Below are positions 28,604 to 38,807 of a DNA stretch of 64,000 nt, piece after piece. Within the stretch, counting starts at the first letter, position 1, and the number at the start of each line of letters is the position of its first letter. The notes under the pieces were generated by a model. It worked only from the letters and a program-made list of their open reading frames with translations, had not been told where the DNA came from and did no database searches. The stretch comes from an uncultured Nitrospiraceae bacterium (GTDB lineage: Bacteria > Nitrospirota > Nitrospiria > Nitrospirales > Nitrospiraceae): contig CAWJWJ010000002.1 in the NCBI GenBank assembly GCA_963846575.1, positions 2,368,001 through 2,432,000 of the forward strand, given 5' to 3'. The translations under genes were made by a program, and so were the position numbers.

Positions 28604-30154
28604 ATGCAGATTCGACTCCTCCGGGGATTCTGTCTCATCGGGACGGCGACCGCCCTTGTGCTCTCGATCACCGAGGCCGCGATCGGTCTGGAAGTCACGA
28701 AACCCGTGCCCTCTGAACGCCGCGAAGCCGTGTCGCTCGCCGATGCGGTCGTCAAAGCGCTTCAAAACAATCTGGATATCCACATCGGTCGGCAGACCAA
28801 AGAGAGTCGCTTGGCAGACATTGTGATCGAGCAGGCCAAGTTCGACCCGACGGTCAGTCTGAACGGGCAATACAACCGGCAGGTCGCGCCGCTCAATCGG
28901 CCGCTGCTGGGGTTCACCGGCGCGAACCTGCAGGAGATTACGAAATTTGACCAGAACATATCGTCCGTGACCGCGGATATCACCCAGAATCTACCCAGCG
29001 GTGCGAATTACGATATCAACTACAGCCCTCAGCGCAGTTACGTGGGCGGTCCGAACACCTTCCTGTTCAACCCGGCCTGGACCGGCGGCCTCGCGTTGAC
29101 GGTGACTCAACCTCTCTTGAAGAATTTTGGCACCGATTTGAACCGGACGTTCATCTCGATCGCACAGAACAATGCCACGGTCGAGCAGCACGTCTTTCTC
29201 GACCGGGTCCTGACCGTCATCGCCACAGTCGAACAGACCTTCTGGGAAATGGTCTTTGCGAATGAGAATCTCAAGGTCGCGCAGGCAGCGCTCAAGGCAG
29301 CGGAAGAATTGCTGGCGAGCAATCGGGCCAAGGCAAAAGCGGGTGTCATGTCCATCGTGGACGTTCTGCAAGCGGAAGCCGCCGTCGCCTCGCGTGTGGA
29401 GCAAATCCTCGTCGCGGAGAAGGCGATTCGCGACCAGGAAGATCAGCTGCGCCGGCTCTTGAATCCGGCCGAAGAAGAATTGCGACAGGACTTGCGGCTG
29501 CTTCCCGTCGATCCTCCGACGACCTCGCTCGAAGCAATCAGCCTGCAGGAAGCCATCGATATCGCCATCGAGCGCCGACCGGAAATTCTCCAGGCTGGCA
29601 AAAATGTCGAAACCAGCGAACTCAACACGAAGTTTGCCAAGAATCAGATGCTCCCGACCCTCTCGTTTCAAGGCACCATGGGACTCTCGGGACTTGGCGC
29701 GGACTATAATGATGCAACCAGACGGAATTTCGGCGGAGATTTTTATAACTACGGGGCCGGCTTGGTGCTCAGTTATCCGCTTGGTAACCGTTCGGCCTAC
29801 AGCACCTACAATAAACGACAGCTCGAGGCTCGCAATGCGCAAGCCTCCCTCCAGAGTGTACGCCAGCAGGTGATTGTGGGCGTCCGCGAAGCTGTCCGTC
29901 GTGTCCATACCGACTTCAAGCGGATCGAAACCACCAGGTCCGCGCGCATTATGGCCGAGAAGCAATTGCAGGCCGAGCAGGAGCGTTTGAAAGTGGGACT
30001 CAGCACCACCAGGTTCGTGCTGGATTTTCAACGCGACCTGGCCACTGCCCAAGGCAACGAACTCCGGGCCGTCCTGGACTATAACAAATCCCTCTCGAAT
30101 CTCGCGCGCAACAAAGCCACCACGCTTGAACGGTATAGCCTGAGACTAGAATGA
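28604..30154 (+). CDS. TolC family outer membrane channel
   Basis: Signal peptide, ALQNNLDI, two OEP repeats (QPLL...GVMSIVDVLQAE; LPTLS...GLSTTRFVLDFQ); AAGGAG SD. Confidence 0.9.
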   Translation: MQIRLLRGFCLIGTATALVLSITEAAIGLEVTKPVPSERREAVSLADAVVKALQNNLDIHIGRQTKESRLADIVIEQAKFDPTVSLNGQYNRQVAPLNRPLLGFTGANLQEITKFDQNISSVTADITQNLPSGANYDINYSPQRSYVGGPNTFLFNPAWTGGLALTVTQPLLKNFGTDLNRTFISIAQNNATVEQHVFLDRVLTVIATVEQTFWEMVFANENLKVAQAALKAAEELLASNRAKAKAGVMSIVDVLQAEAAVASRVEQILVAEKAIRDQEDQLRRLLNPAEEELRQDLRLLPVDPPTTSLEAISLQEAIDIAIERRPEILQAGKNVETSELNTKFAKNQMLPTLSFQGTMGLSGLGADYNDATRRNFGGDFYNYGAGLVLSYPLGNRSAYSTYNKRQLEARNAQASLQSVRQQVIVGVREAVRRVHTDFKRIETTRSARIMAEKQLQAEQERLKVGLSTTRFVLDFQRDLATAQGNELRAVLDYNKSLSNLARNKATTLERYSLRLE

Positions 30155-30161
30155 CCAGGGC

Positions 30162-30836
30162 ATGACCCGACCTGAGCAAGAGCTACCGGCTCAGGCGACC
30201 GAACGGGGCGCCGCTTTCGCGCTGCTGCCTATTGCAGCCTCCCTGCTCTTCTATCTTTCGCCGCCCGCCCTCCAACACGATCGCATCTATCAGTTCATGC
30301 CCCAGCTCTGTGCCTATGCCGCCCTTCTTGCATGGATCGGTCTCAACAAATCCTGCGTGCCACGCCTGGGCCTGTCGATCAAGCTCCTGCCCCAGGGCCT
30401 TCGATGGGGAGTCCTCACCGGTCTCCTGCTCGGGACGATCAATGCGCTGGTGATTCTCTACCTGGTACCTGCTCTCGGAGGTGACTATACGTTTCTGACC
30501 GGCACACCGCATGCCCAGCTTCCTGAGTGGGTCATGGTGCCGTGGTTTATTCTGTTCATCGCCACCATGGTGGAGTTGAACTTTCGGGCCTTCCTTATCG
30601 GACGGCTTCTCGCCCTCAAGCTGTCTCCGTCCTCTGCCGTATACGCCGCCGCGTGGCTATTTGCGTTCGACCCCTTTCTGGTGGCAACCTTTCAACAGCT
30701 CCATTGGATCGCTGTCTGGGACGGGCTGATTTGGGGAACGCTCTGGGTCACGTTCCGCAACCTGTATGTGACGATCGTGGCCCATGCCGTGGAGGTCATC
30801 GTGTTGTATCTCGTCATGCGAACGGTGCTGGGATGA
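30162..30836 (+). CDS. CPBP (CAAX prenyl protease II/Abi)-like membrane protein
   Basis: Multi-TM; VELNFRAFL and TIVAHAVE motifs, partly degenerate. Confidence 0.7.
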   Translation: MTRPEQELPAQATERGAAFALLPIAASLLFYLSPPALQHDRIYQFMPQLCAYAALLAWIGLNKSCVPRLGLSIKLLPQGLRWGVLTGLLLGTINALVILYLVPALGGDYTFLTGTPHAQLPEWVMVPWFILFIATMVELNFRAFLIGRLLALKLSPSSAVYAAAWLFAFDPFLVATFQQLHWIAVWDGLIWGTLWVTFRNLYVTIVAHAVEVIVLYLVMRTVLG

Positions 30837-30937
30837 CCTCTCACATGGTCTATTCGTCAGGTCTCATAGAGTTCATGCTTTGGTTAAGCTTGCGTTTTCC
30901 TGTGCAACTGATGCGGTGACGGAATCGGTACTTCCCT

Positions 30938-31957
30938 ATGAATCCCTCCTTTAGCAGCCACCTCGTCAATGATGTGTTCGGCGATCCGGGACTCTTCGTC
31001 GAAGTGCGCTGGTCCAAGCGCGCGTTACTGTTCGATCTCGGCCATAATGACGCCTTGGGTCCAACCCGCCTGCTGCGCGCCGCTGATATCTTCATCTCCC
31101 ATACCCACATGGATCACTTTATCGGGTTCGATGCGCTGCTGCGTGTCGCGCTTGGCCGTGGCAAAACCCTCCGGCTGTACGGACCGCCCGGACTGATCCA
31201 CAATGTTCAAGGGAAGCTTCAAGGCTATACCTGGAATCTTGTCGATGGGTATCCACTCGCCATCGCCGTAAAAGAGTTCCAATCCCATTCAATCCAGAGC
31301 GCGACGTTTCACGCAACGGACGGGTTTCGTCTCCGGGAGACTCCGGCCATATCGATCACGGGGCTGGAGAAGGGTGGTTGTTTTTGCGTGCTCGAAGATC
31401 CCATGTTCAGTGTCCGGGCCGTGCCGCTCAACCATCGGATCCCCTCATTCGGTTATGCCCTTCAGGAGCAGTTCCACGTGAACATCAACAAGGAGCGCCT
31501 GCATGAGGCCGGACTCCCGGTCGGCTACTGGCTCAAGGAGGTGAAACAATACCTGTGGCAGGGCAAGCCGGACGACTTTCATTTTCGTGCCACGCTCTAC
31601 CATGAACATCACAAGGAGGAGCGGGACTTTACGCTGGGCGAAATCCGCGAGCAATTCGTGAGGATCAGCCGTGGCCAAAAAATCGCCTATGTCGTGGATG
31701 CCCGGTACGATGAGGAGAACGAGGCCAGGATCGTCGACCTTGCGCGGGACGCCGACATCTTTTACTGTGAGGCCCCATTTCTGGATCAGGACGCCGAGAA
31801 GGCCCGCTCGCGTTATCACCTCACGGCCAGGCAGGCAGGGCTTCTGGCGAGAAAAGCCGGGGTGCGGGCGCTGGTCGTGTTCCATTTTTCTCCGCGCTAC
31901 ACCGGCCTCGGGCATCAGATTGCCGAGGAAGCCCAGGCGGCATTTCGAGGGAATTGA
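30938..31957 (+). CDS. Ribonuclease Z-like MBL-fold metallohydrolase
   Basis: LFDLG, SHTHMDHFIG, LNHRIPSFGY, YHLTARQAG, FHFSPRY. Confidence 0.85.
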   Translation: MNPSFSSHLVNDVFGDPGLFVEVRWSKRALLFDLGHNDALGPTRLLRAADIFISHTHMDHFIGFDALLRVALGRGKTLRLYGPPGLIHNVQGKLQGYTWNLVDGYPLAIAVKEFQSHSIQSATFHATDGFRLRETPAISITGLEKGGCFCVLEDPMFSVRAVPLNHRIPSFGYALQEQFHVNINKERLHEAGLPVGYWLKEVKQYLWQGKPDDFHFRATLYHEHHKEERDFTLGEIREQFVRISRGQKIAYVVDARYDEENEARIVDLARDADIFYCEAPFLDQDAEKARSRYHLTARQAGLLARKAGVRALVVFHFSPRYTGLGHQIAEEAQAAFRGN

Positions 31958-31969
31958 AGGAGGTCGGGC

Positions 31970-32308
31970 ATGGAGCAGTGGGTGAAAGTGGCATTGTACT
32001 TTTTGTTGGGCGGAACCATCGTGAGCGTCTCGACCTATCTGGGCTCTCAGGGACGTTCATTTCTCGCGGCTTTCGCCAGCACCTTTCCCGCCATGACCGG
32101 CGCCACCTTCATCCTCATTTACCTGAATGGCGGGAGCGACCATCTCGTGACCTACGCCAAGAATCTTCTGTGGTTCGTCCCACCCTGGCTGGTCTACGTC
32201 GGCTGCATGATCTACGGAGTGGAACGCGTCGGATTCTGGCTCTCGATGATCGGCTCGCTGCTCCTCTACATGGTGTGCGTGGGGCTGGTGAAATTCCTGG
32301 CGCGCTAA
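31970..32308 (+). CDS. Small 4-TM membrane protein (DUF3147/GlpM-like)
   Basis: Strong AAGGAGGT SD; FLLGGTIVS...FASTFP pattern. Confidence 0.7.
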   Translation: MEQWVKVALYFLLGGTIVSVSTYLGSQGRSFLAAFASTFPAMTGATFILIYLNGGSDHLVTYAKNLLWFVPPWLVYVGCMIYGVERVGFWLSMIGSLLLYMVCVGLVKFLAR

Positions 32309-33119
32309 CGAATCCGGTGAGAGTGCGTCGCACGATGTACCACGGGACGACTTGCCCGCCCGTCCAGAGCAAGTCTACGCTCGATAGTCCCTGAGGCACA
32401 GTGGCCGGTCCGTGGCTGAGTACCCGGCATGCAGAAGGGACAGTCCCCCGCACGACAGGGTTGAGGAGATGGCTTCACACCTGCCATGGCGCATCGCAAC
32501 CCTACGAAGAGCAGTCTCCAATAACTTCAAGTATCTGCTGAGATAGCAATGGCTCCGCAGGTAAACTCGCCCAGCCACAAGTTAAAGTGATGGCTGATTG
32601 TTCACCTGAACAGCCTTTATTCATAGGCCTTCAGAGCATTAGACTAAAACCGACATCCCACAAATCCAGATGACATCCTGGCTGAGGAGGCAAGGAATGC
32701 CTGATCCGGCCGGCGGCAGCCAGGGTCCTCCCGCGACCGCTATCCGAGTCATCCATCCGTCGCGGCAATCGGCATGTCCGCCCCTGCGGACAGTTGAACG
32801 AGCTCCCGCACCCCGGGAAGAACCGGCTGCCGGAATCGTCTAGCAATGGTCGCCTGCGTTCGACCAGATCACCCTCTCTATCAGGCTCAGACCGATCCAT
32901 CATCGGCAGGTCCCATCAAGTGTCCAGAGCTCTCACGTCCGAAGCGTCTGCGCCTGACCTGGCCCACTCGCGGCCTCCCCTTCTGACAGCATTTCTTCCC
33001 AAACGGCGATTGTGATCGATCCATGAGGCGGTCGCCCACGTCCATTCCCTCATCACACATTGCAGGCGCTCCCCGCACTTGCTACCATGCCCGGTCTTTC
33101 CCTTGAAGGAGCCGTCAGG

Positions 33120-35954
33120 GTGGCGAACCGTATTCCTCCAGATAGAACCTCGCATGATCTGATTGTCGAAGGCGCACGCCAGAACAATTTAAAAAATATC
33201 TCATTGGGGATTCCTCACAATCACATTACCGCCATCACCGGCCTCTCGGGCTCCGGCAAATCCTCGTTGGCCTTCGATACGCTGTTTGCGGAGGGACAAT
33301 GGCGCTACGTGGAGTCTCTGTCGACCTACGCCCGAATGTTCCTCGACAAGGTGAACCGCCCTGACGTCGATCGCATGGTCAACATTCGCCCGGCCATTGC
33401 GATTGAGCAAAAGAACCCGATCCGCACCGCTCGCTCAACGGTGGGGACTGCCACGGAGCTCGCCGATCTCCTGCGTCTCCTGTTCGCCAAAATCGGGAAG
33501 CCGGTCTGCCCCGATTGCCACCAGGAAGCGCGAGGTTATCATCCGGGTTCACTGGCTGAGGAGTTGCTGGCTCAATTCCCTGACGCGCGCGCGATGATTC
33601 TGTTTCCCATCAAAGACCTCGGTCCCGGTCATGACCGGTCGCTGCTGGACTCCCTTCTGAAACGAGGTTTTACCAGGCTGCGCTGTGGTGAGGAACTATT
33701 GGACCTCCATGATCAGGCGGCGCTCCCCCAGACTCGAGACTCGGGCATCCACGTGGTCCTCGACCGTCTCATCCTCCGGGCTGACAATCGCCATCGGCTG
33801 ATCGAAGCGATCGAGGTCGCGTTTCACGAAGCCGAGGGCATCTGCCAGGTCGAGGTGATCGGCCATGGCCTCAGGACCTATAGCACTCACTTTCGCTGCC
33901 AGGGCTGCGGACGAACGTTCGAACCCTTACGGCCGCTGCTGTTTTCATTCAACCACCCGCTGGGGGCCTGTCCTGAGTGCAAGGGATTCGGGAACATCCT
34001 GCGCTACGACCAGGACCTGGTCATCCCGGATCGCGGCAAGTCCCTCGCCGGTGGTGTGATTGAGCCCTGGAGCAAACCCGGCTCCGACTGGTGGCAGAAG
34101 CAGCTCTTGCTCGCGATGAAAAAACAGGGCATCGATCTGACGGTCCCCTTTCAGGACCTGTCCGCCGAGGTACAGCAGCTTGTCTGGGAAGGGAGCGACC
34201 AGGTTGAGGGTGTCCGGCAATACTTCGACTATCTGGAAACCAAACGCTACAAGCTGCATGTGCGGGTGCTCTTGAGCCGGTACCGTAGCCCCGCCGCCTG
34301 CCCGACCTGCCATGGCAGTCGCCTGAAACCGGCCAGCCGGTTCGTCAAGGTGGCCGGCCATGATTATGTGCAACTCAATGAACTCACCATTGAGGCAGCC
34401 GACGCCTGGTTCCAGCGCCTGGCCCTGCCTGCCTTCGACGCAGAAATCGCTAAAGATATCCTGCGTCAGCTGCAGGCCAAACTGAGTTTTCTGCTCCGCG
34501 TCGGCCTCAGCTACTTGACCCTTTCACGCCAGACGAAAACCTTGTCCGGCGGAGAAGCGCAACGTATCGCCCTGGCCAATCAGCTGGGCTCCCGCCTGGT
34601 CGGCACGCTGTACGTATTGGACGAGCCGACGATCGGACTCCATGCACGCGACACCGCCACCCTGGCCGGCATTCTTCGTGACCTGGCCGACCACGGCAAC
34701 ACCGTGGTCGTGGTGGAACACGACCCGATGATGATACGGGCGGCCGACCACATCGTCGAACTGGGTCCCGGGTCGGGAGAACAGGGCGGCCATATTGTCT
34801 GCGCGGCCCCCCGCCGGCAATTCCTGGCCCACCCGACATCACTCACCGCGCGCTACCTGCGAGGTGAAGAGCGCATTCCCCTTCCGAAAGCCCGCCGCTC
34901 CGGCAATGGTAAAGTGCTCAGCATCGCCGGCGCCCGGGAGCACAATCTGAAAAACCTGGTGGTGAAAATCCCGCTCCACATGTTGGTCTGCGTCACCGGC
35001 GTATCGGGATCAGGCAAAAGCACGCTGATCGAAAAGACGTTGTATCGTGCCGCCGCCAGAGCCTTTCGTGTCGACTCCTTACCAATGGGTAAATTTCAGG
35101 CGATCAAGGGACTCGAACATGTCAAAGGCGTGCGTCTGATCGACCAGCAACCGATCGGCCGGACACCCCGCTCGAACCCCATCACCTACCTGAAGGCATT
35201 TGACGAGATTCGCGCGCTGTTCGCCTCGGAGCGCGACGCCCTACGGCAGGGTCTGACTCCCGGGCACTTTTCCTTCAATTCCGCCGGTGGTCGGTGCGAC
35301 CGTTGCGAGGGAAACGGCTACGAAAAACTGGAAATGTATTTTTTTGAAGACATCTATGCCACCTGCGAGCAGTGCAGCGGCAAGCGCTTCAAACCGGACG
35401 TGCTCAGTATCCGCTATCGAGGGAAAAGCATTCATGATGTCTTGAGCCTGACCGTGACGGAAGCACAGGCGTTTTTCTCCGGATCTCCGAAGTTGACCGA
35501 AAAATTGTATCTGCTCTCCTCAATCGGGTTGGGGTACCTACGGCTGGGCCAAGCCGCCACCACCCTGTCCGGAGGAGAAGCACAGCGGCTGAAGATCGCC
35601 GCCGAATTGAAAGACCCGTCGGCGCACAATGTTCTGTATATTCTGGATGAGCCGACCACCGGCCTTCACCTCGACGACATCAAGAAACTCCTCGCCGTTC
35701 TGCAAAAATTAGTGGACGCCGGCAACACCCTTATCGTGGTCGAACACAATCTGGACGTGATTAAAACCGCCGACTGGGTGATCGACCTCGGTCCCGAGGG
35801 AGGCGAGGGAGGCGGGCACATCATCGCTGAGGGACGTCCTGAACAGGTAGCGAAGGTCGCAGAATCCCACACGGGACGTTTCTTGGCGAAAGTATTGGAA
35901 GAGGCGGCAGGAGCAGCCTCGGTCGGTGGCCCGGCACGGACGAAGGAGCGTTAG
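33120..35954 (+). CDS. uvrA: Excinuclease ABC subunit A homolog
   Basis: GARQNNLKN, GLSGSGKSSLAFDT, zinc fingers, two LSGGEAQR signatures, GVSGSGKST, LDEPTTGLH; GTG start chosen (ORF from 33060). Confidence 0.95.
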   Translation: MANRIPPDRTSHDLIVEGARQNNLKNISLGIPHNHITAITGLSGSGKSSLAFDTLFAEGQWRYVESLSTYARMFLDKVNRPDVDRMVNIRPAIAIEQKNPIRTARSTVGTATELADLLRLLFAKIGKPVCPDCHQEARGYHPGSLAEELLAQFPDARAMILFPIKDLGPGHDRSLLDSLLKRGFTRLRCGEELLDLHDQAALPQTRDSGIHVVLDRLILRADNRHRLIEAIEVAFHEAEGICQVEVIGHGLRTYSTHFRCQGCGRTFEPLRPLLFSFNHPLGACPECKGFGNILRYDQDLVIPDRGKSLAGGVIEPWSKPGSDWWQKQLLLAMKKQGIDLTVPFQDLSAEVQQLVWEGSDQVEGVRQYFDYLETKRYKLHVRVLLSRYRSPAACPTCHGSRLKPASRFVKVAGHDYVQLNELTIEAADAWFQRLALPAFDAEIAKDILRQLQAKLSFLLRVGLSYLTLSRQTKTLSGGEAQRIALANQLGSRLVGTLYVLDEPTIGLHARDTATLAGILRDLADHGNTVVVVEHDPMMIRAADHIVELGPGSGEQGGHIVCAAPRRQFLAHPTSLTARYLRGEERIPLPKARRSGNGKVLSIAGAREHNLKNLVVKIPLHMLVCVTGVSGSGKSTLIEKTLYRAAARAFRVDSLPMGKFQAIKGLEHVKGVRLIDQQPIGRTPRSNPITYLKAFDEIRALFASERDALRQGLTPGHFSFNSAGGRCDRCEGNGYEKLEMYFFEDIYATCEQCSGKRFKPDVLSIRYRGKSIHDVLSLTVTEAQAFFSGSPKLTEKLYLLSSIGLGYLRLGQAATTLSGGEAQRLKIAAELKDPSAHNVLYILDEPTTGLHLDDIKKLLAVLQKLVDAGNTLIVVEHNLDVIKTADWVIDLGPEGGEGGGHIIAEGRPEQVAKVAESHTGRFLAKVLEEAAGAASVGGPARTKER

Positions 35955-36511
35955 TTAAACGAGGGGTCGAACGGCATATCGGCGTAGTGACGTGAGTCGT
36001 CGTCCAAGGACAGGAGAATATCGGACCAGATTTGGGTGGGATTCTTTTCGAATACGATCGAGGGATCTGCAGGCAGCGTGATCCAAGACCCTGTTTGCAT
36101 CTCCGATTCGAGCTGGCCCGGCCCCCAGCCTGAATAGCCCAGATATGCGCGGAAGGATTCCTTGTCTGGCTGCTGAGTCAAAATCCGCTCCATGATCTCC
36201 AAATCACCCCCCAGACAGACGCCATCGATCACCTGATGCGAATTCTCAGGGGTCTGGTTGATACGGTAGAGCATCATGACCTGGTTGGTCTGGACAGGTC
36301 CGCCCGCATAGAGCACGTGCGGCTGCCCTTCCAGGATCGGGACCTGGGGCAGTGCCTCGGAGATGGACATTCCGGTCGGCCGGTTGACGATCACCCCCAG
36401 GGCACCTTCCGGCCCGTGCTCGCACAGGAGCACGACCGCTTGTCGGAAATTAGGATCTTTTAAAGCGGGTGCCGCGACTAACAGGATGCCTTTCCCGAGC
36501 GGAGTCATCAT
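35951..36511 (-). CDS. YqgE/AlgH family (UPF0301) protein
   Basis: LVAAPALKDPNFRQAVVLLCEH, GGPV, LGYSGWGPGQLESE...SW. Confidence 0.92.
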   Translation of the reverse strand: MMTPLGKGILLVAAPALKDPNFRQAVVLLCEHGPEGALGVIVNRPTGMSISEALPQVPILEGQPHVLYAGGPVQTNQVMMLYRINQTPENSHQVIDGVCLGGDLEIMERILTQQPDKESFRAYLGYSGWGPGQLESEMQTGSWITLPADPSIVFEKNPTQIWSDILLSLDDDSRHYADMPFDPSFN

Positions 36512-36575
36512 ACTTTATCCTACCTTGTGCCCGTAGACGACGCAAGGTGCGTCGCAAAACGGAGAGAGCGGAACA

Positions 36576-37367
36576 CTAGACATCGTAGAAACTGGGACGG
36601 CGGTCGCGCAGAAGGTCATTGTATGCATTGAGCGCTTTCGTTCTGGCTTCTGTAGGATCGATTTCAACAATGCTCAGTTCCTCACGTTCAGAGGAAGCGC
36701 GTTGCATAATGCGTCCCTTGGGAGTTACGACTTCGCTCATCCCGATAAACGTCAGCCGTTCCTTTCCCCCTCGGGCTTCGCTGCCGATTCGATTGGCCGT
36801 GATGCTGTAGACCCGGTTTTCCAGGCAGCGCGTCACCATCGAGTCGGGACAGTGCGGCAAGACGAGGTTTGAAGGATGCGCGATGATATCCGCGCCCTGA
36901 AGCGCCAGCGTGCGGGCCGCTTCCGGATAGAACCAGTCAAAACAAATCATGACCCCGACTCTGGCACCCCCAATATCCCACACGTGAAAGCCGCTATCTC
37001 CCGGGGTAAAAAAGCACGTTTCCTCGAAAAACAGATGGGTTTTACGATAACAGCCGATGAATCCCTGCGGCCCGACCACCACCGCTGAATTAAAACAATG
37101 CGCCCCGGCCCGTTCCGGCAACCCTGCCACAATGGTGACCCCACGCCGCCTGGCCAGGTCAGCCAGCCGTTTGGTCGTGGCCCCATCGGGAACCGGTTCC
37201 GCCAGCTTTTCCACCTCATCCTGGGACACAAACTGGTATCCGGTGGCAAACAGTTCCGGCAGGACGATCAGATCGGCTTCTACCGCCTCCAGTCTGGCCG
37301 TCACGAGATCAAGATTACGATCGACCTCGCCGAAGACCGGATTGAATTGGAAATACCCGACTCGCAT
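36576..37367 (-). CDS. Carbon-nitrogen hydrolase (nitrilase superfamily)
   Basis: Catalytic triad LPELF (E), YRKTHL (K), MICFDW (C); ANRIG. Confidence 0.92.
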   Translation of the reverse strand: MRVGYFQFNPVFGEVDRNLDLVTARLEAVEADLIVLPELFATGYQFVSQDEVEKLAEPVPDGATTKRLADLARRRGVTIVAGLPERAGAHCFNSAVVVGPQGFIGCYRKTHLFFEETCFFTPGDSGFHVWDIGGARVGVMICFDWFYPEAARTLALQGADIIAHPSNLVLPHCPDSMVTRCLENRVYSITANRIGSEARGGKERLTFIGMSEVVTPKGRIMQRASSEREELSIVEIDPTEARTKALNAYNDLLRDRRPSFYDV

Positions 37368-37384
37368 AGTGCTGCGTTCCAATC

Positions 37385-37419
37385 AAACAAAAGGCGGGCA
37401 GGGAGTCCCCTGCCCGCCT
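37385..37419 (-). terminator. Intrinsic terminator after smbP
   Basis: AGGCGGGCAGGG-4 nt-CCCTGCCCGCCT perfect stem followed by TTTGTTT on the minus strand. Confidence 0.8.
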
Positions 37420-37450
37420 GACTTTGAGACCAGTGCCGCGCAAGAAATGC

Positions 37451-37807
37451 TTACATGCCCTCGGACAGATGAGGAATGGCGTTTTCAATCGCCTTGGTCG
37501 CAACATCGGCATGACCGGCCTTGCCGTGTTCGATTCCATCTTTCAGGCCCTTAATCCCTTCGGCGACGTGGGGATTCTTGGTTTCGGCCATTGCGCCATC
37601 GGCATGCTTCAGTGCCGTTTCCGCATGCTTCACCAGCGCATCCGCATGGCCTTGCTTCCCATGGACGACCGCTTCCTTCGCGTGCTCCACCGCTTCGGCC
37701 TGATGCTTATTTCCCGCCGCGAGAGCCACGCCGGCCACAATCGGCGCCCCCAGGAGCGCCAACATAATCCCCGCCGTCACGAGTCCTCGCCACTTAGCAG
37801 TCTGCAT
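37451..37807 (-). CDS. smbP: Small metal-binding periplasmic protein SmbP
   Basis: Signal peptide then regularly spaced His (HQAEAVEHAKEAVVHGKQGHADALVKHAETALKHA...), as in Nitrosomonas SmbP. Confidence 0.82.
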   Translation of the reverse strand: MQTAKWRGLVTAGIMLALLGAPIVAGVALAAGNKHQAEAVEHAKEAVVHGKQGHADALVKHAETALKHADGAMAETKNPHVAEGIKGLKDGIEHGKAGHADVATKAIENAIPHLSEGM

Positions 37808-37885
37808 GGAACGCCTCCCTCTGTAAGTATGTGCACTGCATGATTGTATAACTTCAGTTCAGCATAAAGAGGGCTGCCGGTCCTG

Positions 37886-38779
37886 TCAAGACGGGCGCAT
37901 GCCGGTCGGAACCTTCGCCTCCGAGAGACCTAACAGCTTCTGCAACGCGACCAGATCCTTCTCGACCGGACAGGCAAAATCCCGGCTCCATTCCCACCAG
38001 GAACCTGGATAATTGCGCAGCTTCTCGTGGCCGACCAGCCGCAGTATGAAGTAGAGCCATCCTGCACGGACCCCTCCGGTGCAGTAACAGATGGTCTCAT
38101 GCGCCGGATCGAGCCCCTTCATATCCAGTTGCGCCTTGATGGTCTCCAGATCCTTGACCGTGGCATCGGGATTCAAAAACCCGCTCCAGGCCACATGCAC
38201 AGCGCCCGGAATATGTCCCGGGCGGGGGATACCGGAGACTTCTTTCCCGAGGTATTCTTCCAGGCTTCGGGCATCGACTATCGTCGTCGTCGGGTGCGGC
38301 TTCCTGACGATACCCTTCAGCTCGTCCTTCATGATGATCGCTGAGTCGACCGGATTCACCGTGAAATTCCCGGGCGTCGACCGCGCCGGCCCATGTTCGA
38401 AGGGACGACGTTCATCGATCCATTTGACCCATCCTCCGTCCAGCACCTTGACGTTTTTGTGACCGAAATATTCCAGCATCCAAAACATCCGGCCTTCATC
38501 GCCCCAGTTATCAAACGGGTTCGAATAGATCACGACCTCGCTGTCGTGATTGATGCCGAGCCCCTGCAGGCGCTGCTCGACCCGCTTGAGGTTCGGATCC
38601 AGCAACCCCTTGGCCACGGCATCGGGATCACTATAGTCATGCCAGGTGGTGTGAACGGCGCCGGGGATATGACCGCCGAATTCGTAGGCCGCTCTCCCCC
38701 GGACGTCAACGATCACCAGACCCGGTTGCCCCAGGCGCTCCTGGAGGCTGTTGCTATCGATCAATAATGGGTGTTGCAT
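37886..38779 (-). CDS. Tandem-domain rhodanese / thiosulfate sulfurtransferase
   Basis: GHIPGA twice, LDGGW, active loop CYCTGGVR, NYPGSWWEW. Confidence 0.92.
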   Translation of the reverse strand: MQHPLLIDSNSLQERLGQPGLVIVDVRGRAAYEFGGHIPGAVHTTWHDYSDPDAVAKGLLDPNLKRVEQRLQGLGINHDSEVVIYSNPFDNWGDEGRMFWMLEYFGHKNVKVLDGGWVKWIDERRPFEHGPARSTPGNFTVNPVDSAIIMKDELKGIVRKPHPTTTIVDARSLEEYLGKEVSGIPRPGHIPGAVHVAWSGFLNPDATVKDLETIKAQLDMKGLDPAHETICYCTGGVRAGWLYFILRLVGHEKLRNYPGSWWEWSRDFACPVEKDLVALQKLLGLSEAKVPTGMRPS

Positions 38780-38807
38780 GGGTTCCTCAATCTGGATCGG
38801 TGAATAC

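Noticed and set aside
32305..33078. Several 60-90 aa ORFs in the spacer before uvrA
   Set aside because: Arg/Ser/Pro-rich, mutually overlapping and without good RBS; typical GC-rich spurious ORFs.
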